DNA of 64,000 nucleotides from Candidatus Omnitrophota bacterium (GTDB taxonomy: Bacteria; Omnitrophota; Gorgyraeia; B26-G9): assembly GCA_043805415.1 (NCBI GenBank), contig JAZDHZ010000009.1, forward strand, positions 13,973 to 77,972, written 5' to 3'. Shown one piece after another: positions 60,723-64,000 of the stretch (positions are counted from its first letter, which is position 1; each line of letters opens with the position of its first letter). The notes under the pieces were generated by a model. The model did not search any database and had not been told where the DNA came from. It saw only the letters and a list, made by a program, of their open reading frames with translations. The translations under genes were made by a program, and so were the position numbers.

Positions 60723-61706
60723 ATGAAAAAAAAGATTCTAAGCGGAATGCGTCCCACCGGAAGACTCCATTTAGGGCACTTAGTTGGTGCGCTTAAAAAC
60801 TGGAGTCAATTACAGGATGAGTATGACTGCTTGTTCATGGTTGCTGATTGGCATGCCTTGATGAGTGAATACAAAAATCCTGAAAATCTAAAAGATTATT
60901 CTTTGGATAATGTTATTGATTGGATCAGCTGCGGAATTGATCCTGAGAAATCAACTCTATTTATCCAATCCCATGTTCCAGAGCATCTAGAACTTTATAT
61001 GAGTCTTTCTTGCATAACTCCGCTGGGTTTGCTGGAAAGATGTCCGACTTATAAAGAGCAGCTGCGCGAGCTCAAGACCCGAGAAGTTAATAACTATGCT
61101 TTTTTAGGCTATCCAGTATTGCAAGCAGCGGACATTTTGCTTTATAAAGCAGAGGTAGTTCCAGTGGGAGAAGACCAATTGCCGCATCTGGAACTTACTC
61201 GTGAAATTTCTAATCGGTTTAATCTGATTTTTAAAAATCAGATTTTTCCTGAACCGCAAGCAATGTTAACTAAGTTTCCTCGGCTTTTAGGACTTGATGG
61301 CCGAAAAATGTCTAAAAGTTATGATAATTATATCGGCTTGAGTGATGAGCCTGAGATGATATATACAAAAGTCAGAACCATGATCACTGATCCAAAAAGA
61401 ATTAGAAAAACTGATCCCGGGCATCCGGAAGTATGTAATGTATATAGCTATTATAAGGTTTTTACTGATCAGCAATTGTGTTCCGGAGTAGCAGAACAGT
61501 GTAAAAATGCCCGGATCGGCTGTACTGATTGTAAAAAAAGACTTGGTGATGTATTGGTTAAATTTCTCCAGCCAATCCAGGCAAAACGAAAAGAATTGAT
61601 AAATGATAAAAAAACAATATTAAAAATTCTGGAAACAGGCCGGGAAAAGGCCGCAACTATTGCTCGAGCTACAATGAAAGAAGTTCGTCAGGCGGTGGGC
61701 TTGTGA
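60723..61706 (+). CDS. trpS: tryptophan--tRNA ligase
   Basis: HLGH-type GRLHLGHLVG and KMSKS motifs; 327 aa. Confidence 0.9.
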   Translation: MKKKILSGMRPTGRLHLGHLVGALKNWSQLQDEYDCLFMVADWHALMSEYKNPENLKDYSLDNVIDWISCGIDPEKSTLFIQSHVPEHLELYMSLSCITPLGLLERCPTYKEQLRELKTREVNNYAFLGYPVLQAADILLYKAEVVPVGEDQLPHLELTREISNRFNLIFKNQIFPEPQAMLTKFPRLLGLDGRKMSKSYDNYIGLSDEPEMIYTKVRTMITDPKRIRKTDPGHPEVCNVYSYYKVFTDQQLCSGVAEQCKNARIGCTDCKKRLGDVLVKFLQPIQAKRKELINDKKTILKILETGREKAATIARATMKEVRQAVGL

Positions 61707-62446
61707 GTTATAAAATTAAGTTGGAAATTTTTGAAGGACCTTTAGATCTATTGCTTTATCTGATCAAAAGAAATCATCTGGATATTACCGATATCCCGGT
61801 GGCTAAGGTTACCGAGCAATATATGCAGTATTTGGAGCTGATGCGTCTGCTTGATCTGGGAATTGCCGGTGAGTTTTTAGTTATGGCCGCTACATTGATG
61901 CATATAAAATCCAAGATGCTTTTACCTCCGGATCAAACCGAAGAAGAGGTTTTAGAAGAAGATCCGCGCGCGGAGTTAATTAAAAAGCTTTTGGAATATA
62001 AAAAATTTAAAGAAGCCGCTAGCTTTTTAGAAGATAAAGAGTCTATCCAAAGAAAAGTTTTTAAACGGGTAAACCCAGCGGCTAATATAGAAGGCGAAGA
62101 AGAAGTATTTTTCGAAACAAGATTATTTGATTTAATCGGGGCTTTTTCTAAAGCGCTAAAAGATATTCCGAAAGATCTTTTTCGGGAAATTATAAAAGAT
62201 GAGTTTACCGTAGAGGGGAAAATACATGATTTATTGCATACGCTTGTGGCAAAAAGGAAAATCCTGTTAAATGATCTTTTTCAAGCCTCGAAAAATAAAT
62301 ATGAAATTATTGCTACTTTTCTTGCTGTCTTAGAGCTTATTCGTCAGAAAGAAATTGTTGGGGCGCAAAAAGGAATGTTTGGCGATATTTTTATTTTTCT
62401 AAATGAAGAAAGAATTTTACCGGCAATGCATGTACGTACAATATAG
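61703..62446 (+). CDS. scpA: segregation and condensation protein A
   Basis: LEIFEGPLDLLLYLIKRNHLDITDIPVAKVTEQY N-terminus typical of ScpA. Confidence 0.85.
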   Translation: MSYKIKLEIFEGPLDLLLYLIKRNHLDITDIPVAKVTEQYMQYLELMRLLDLGIAGEFLVMAATLMHIKSKMLLPPDQTEEEVLEEDPRAELIKKLLEYKKFKEAASFLEDKESIQRKVFKRVNPAANIEGEEEVFFETRLFDLIGAFSKALKDIPKDLFREIIKDEFTVEGKIHDLLHTLVAKRKILLNDLFQASKNKYEIIATFLAVLELIRQKEIVGAQKGMFGDIFIFLNEERILPAMHVRTI

Positions 62447-62448
62447 GA

Positions 62449-63297
62449 GTGATGATTATGATTGAAGTTGATTTAAATAAAATAATTGAGGCGCTTTTAT
62501 TTGTTAGCGAAAATCCTCTTACTATAAAACAAATTTCGGAAGTTTGTCCAAATCCTAGCCCCGCGGAAATAAAGAAGGTGCTTAAAGATTTACAAGAGCA
62601 CTATAGTGCCCCGGAAAGAGGAATGCAGATTATTGAAGTTGCCGGCGGGTATCAGTTTTGCTCACATCCTGATTGTGAGCCTTATCTGAGCAAGCTTTAT
62701 AAAACAAGGCGCGTGTTTCGGCTGTCTGCTCCGGCTTTGGAAAGTCTTGCCATAATTGCCTATAAACAGCCGGTGACAAGAGCCGAAATGGAATTTATCC
62801 GCGGAGTAAACGTTGATGGAGTTATAAAAAATCTTGAAGAGCGGGAATTGATAAAAACAAAAGGGCGTAAGGAAGTTGCCGGTCGTCCGATGCTTTATGG
62901 CACAACTGAAAAATTTTTACATTATTTTGGTTTAAAATCATTGCAGGATTTACCCAGTCTCGAGGAATTTGCCGCTACTGCTCTGGAAAAAGAAGCGCAA
63001 ATAAAGCAAGAACAAGACGAAGCGAATGAGCAAAATGTGCCAGAGTCCGGGACTGAACCGCAAACGCGGGAAATGACTGACTCTGACGCGAATAATGATC
63101 CGGCAGTTGAGGATTTAGATGTAAATGAGGATGCTCAGCGGGATAATGAACTTGAGATGGGAATGGAATTAGCTGAAAATAGCGAAAATATTCAGGAAGC
63201 TGCGGATGAACCAGTATCTTCAGACCAAGTGCAAACTCAAAGAGGAGATGCATGCCATGAGCAAGATGAGCATACAGAAACTGCGAAAAGCAATTGA
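62449..63297 (+). CDS. scpB: segregation and condensation protein B with acidic C-terminal extension
   Basis: Two winged-helix domains (ALLFVSENPLTIKQISEV…); ~90-aa D/E-rich tail. Confidence 0.85.
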   Translation: MMIMIEVDLNKIIEALLFVSENPLTIKQISEVCPNPSPAEIKKVLKDLQEHYSAPERGMQIIEVAGGYQFCSHPDCEPYLSKLYKTRRVFRLSAPALESLAIIAYKQPVTRAEMEFIRGVNVDGVIKNLEERELIKTKGRKEVAGRPMLYGTTEKFLHYFGLKSLQDLPSLEEFAATALEKEAQIKQEQDEANEQNVPESGTEPQTREMTDSDANNDPAVEDLDVNEDAQRDNELEMGMELAENSENIQEAADEPVSSDQVQTQRGDACHEQDEHTETAKSN

Positions 63298-64000
63298 CAA
63301 TTTAGATGAAAAACTTATAGAGCTGCTTAATCAGCGGACAAATTTTGCTATAGAAATCGGACAGCTTAAGAAAAAAACCGGTGATTCGGTTTTTATGCCC
63401 GCGCGTGAGCAAAAAGTATATGACAATGTGCGGAAATTTAATAAAGGTCCGCTTAATAGCAAGATGCTTATGGCCATATACAGAGAGATTATGTCATCTA
63501 CCATAATGCTGCAGAATCCAATGAAAGTCGCTTATCTTGGTCCGCGGGCCACTTTTACCAACCTTGCGGCGATTAAAAAATTTGGTTCACAAGTAGAATA
63601 TATTGCCAGTCAAACGATTACGGATGTATTCTCGGAAGTAGAACGGGGACATTGTGATTTTGGCGTGGTGCCTGTGGAAAATTCGATTGAAGGCGCGGTT
63701 AATCATACTTTGGATATGCTGGTTGACTCTGATTTAAATATTTGCTCAGAAATCCGTTTGGATATTGCCCATAATCTTATGGCTAAATGTGCTTTGAAAA
63801 ATGTAAAACGGGTATATAGCAAAGATCAGGTTTTTGGACAATGCCGGATATGGCTGGAAACTCATTTGCCTAATTGTGAGTTAATTGAGGTCACGAGTAC
63901 AACAAAGGCAGCAGAAATCGCCGCAAAAGAAACTAATGCGGCGGCGATTGCCAGTTCTTTGGCAGCTCAGGTATATAAGCTTAATATCCTGGCTGAATCA
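63257..64000 (+). CDS. pheA: bifunctional chorismate mutase/prephenate dehydratase, N-terminal part (runs off window)
   Basis: Open frame MSKMSIQKLRKAIDNLDEKLIELLNQR (CM_2 domain) then PDT domain (VAYLGPRATFT…VPVENSIEGAV); AGAGGAG RBS; no stop before window end. Confidence 0.8.
   Translation, partial: MSKMSIQKLRKAIDNLDEKLIELLNQRTNFAIEIGQLKKKTGDSVFMPAREQKVYDNVRKFNKGPLNSKMLMAIYREIMSSTIMLQNPMKVAYLGPRATFTNLAAIKKFGSQVEYIASQTITDVFSEVERGHCDFGVVPVENSIEGAVNHTLDMLVDSDLNICSEIRLDIAHNLMAKCALKNVKRVYSKDQVFGQCRIWLETHLPNCELIEVTSTTKAAEIAAKETNAAAIASSLAAQVYKLNILAES

Noticed and set aside
1-64000. CRISPR arrays, prophage/integrase genes, toxin-antitoxin or restriction-modification systems
   Set aside because: These were searched for. 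No spacer-repeat arrays, no integrase, recombinase or transposase ORFs, and no recognisable defence-system genes were seen in this window.

Overview
This 64-kb window is low-GC (roughly 35-38%) bacterial chromosome. The organism is evidently diderm, because a PilQ secretin is present; taxon is not determinable from this window.

The 5' ~26 kb is mostly housekeeping:
- an mnmA 3' fragment
- a floA/nfeD operon flanked by tRNA-Leu(CAA) and tRNA-Ala(GGC)
- leuS and comEA/comEC
- gmhB, a MarC-family protein, a NIL-domain ferredoxin, a GNAT acetyltransferase
- leuC, leuD, leuB, asd, truA, a TPR-CPBP fusion, aroA
- the mreBCD-mrdA-rodA elongasome cluster

From ~26.3 kb to ~56.9 kb lies a very large type IV pilus (T4aP) region:
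- a cytoplasmic PAS histidine kinase with a GEGADA tandem repeat, a B12-type radical SAM protein and an orphan receiver
- pilT, a stand-alone MshEN/T2SSE_N protein, two pilB paralogs and pilC
- two tandemly duplicated minor-pilin modules, each being leader RNA, pilin, pilin, giant PilX_N-like protein and small membrane protein; each ~300-nt leader carries GEMM (c-di-GMP-I riboswitch)-like sequence blocks
- a PilS/PilR-like sigma-54 two-component pair and a sigma-54 promoter driving three tandem PilA-type major pilins
- a GAF-GGDEF diguanylate cyclase
- a pilM-N fusion, pilO, pilP and pilQ

The 3' end holds rimP-nusA-infB, trpS, scpA, scpB and the start of pheA.

The most interesting signal is the apparent multi-level cyclic-dinucleotide control of this pilus system. 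It combines riboswitch-like leaders, three MshEN-domain proteins and a locus-encoded GGDEF enzyme. An MITE-like inverted-repeat element and a GC-rich structured region lie next to the comEA/comEC genes.
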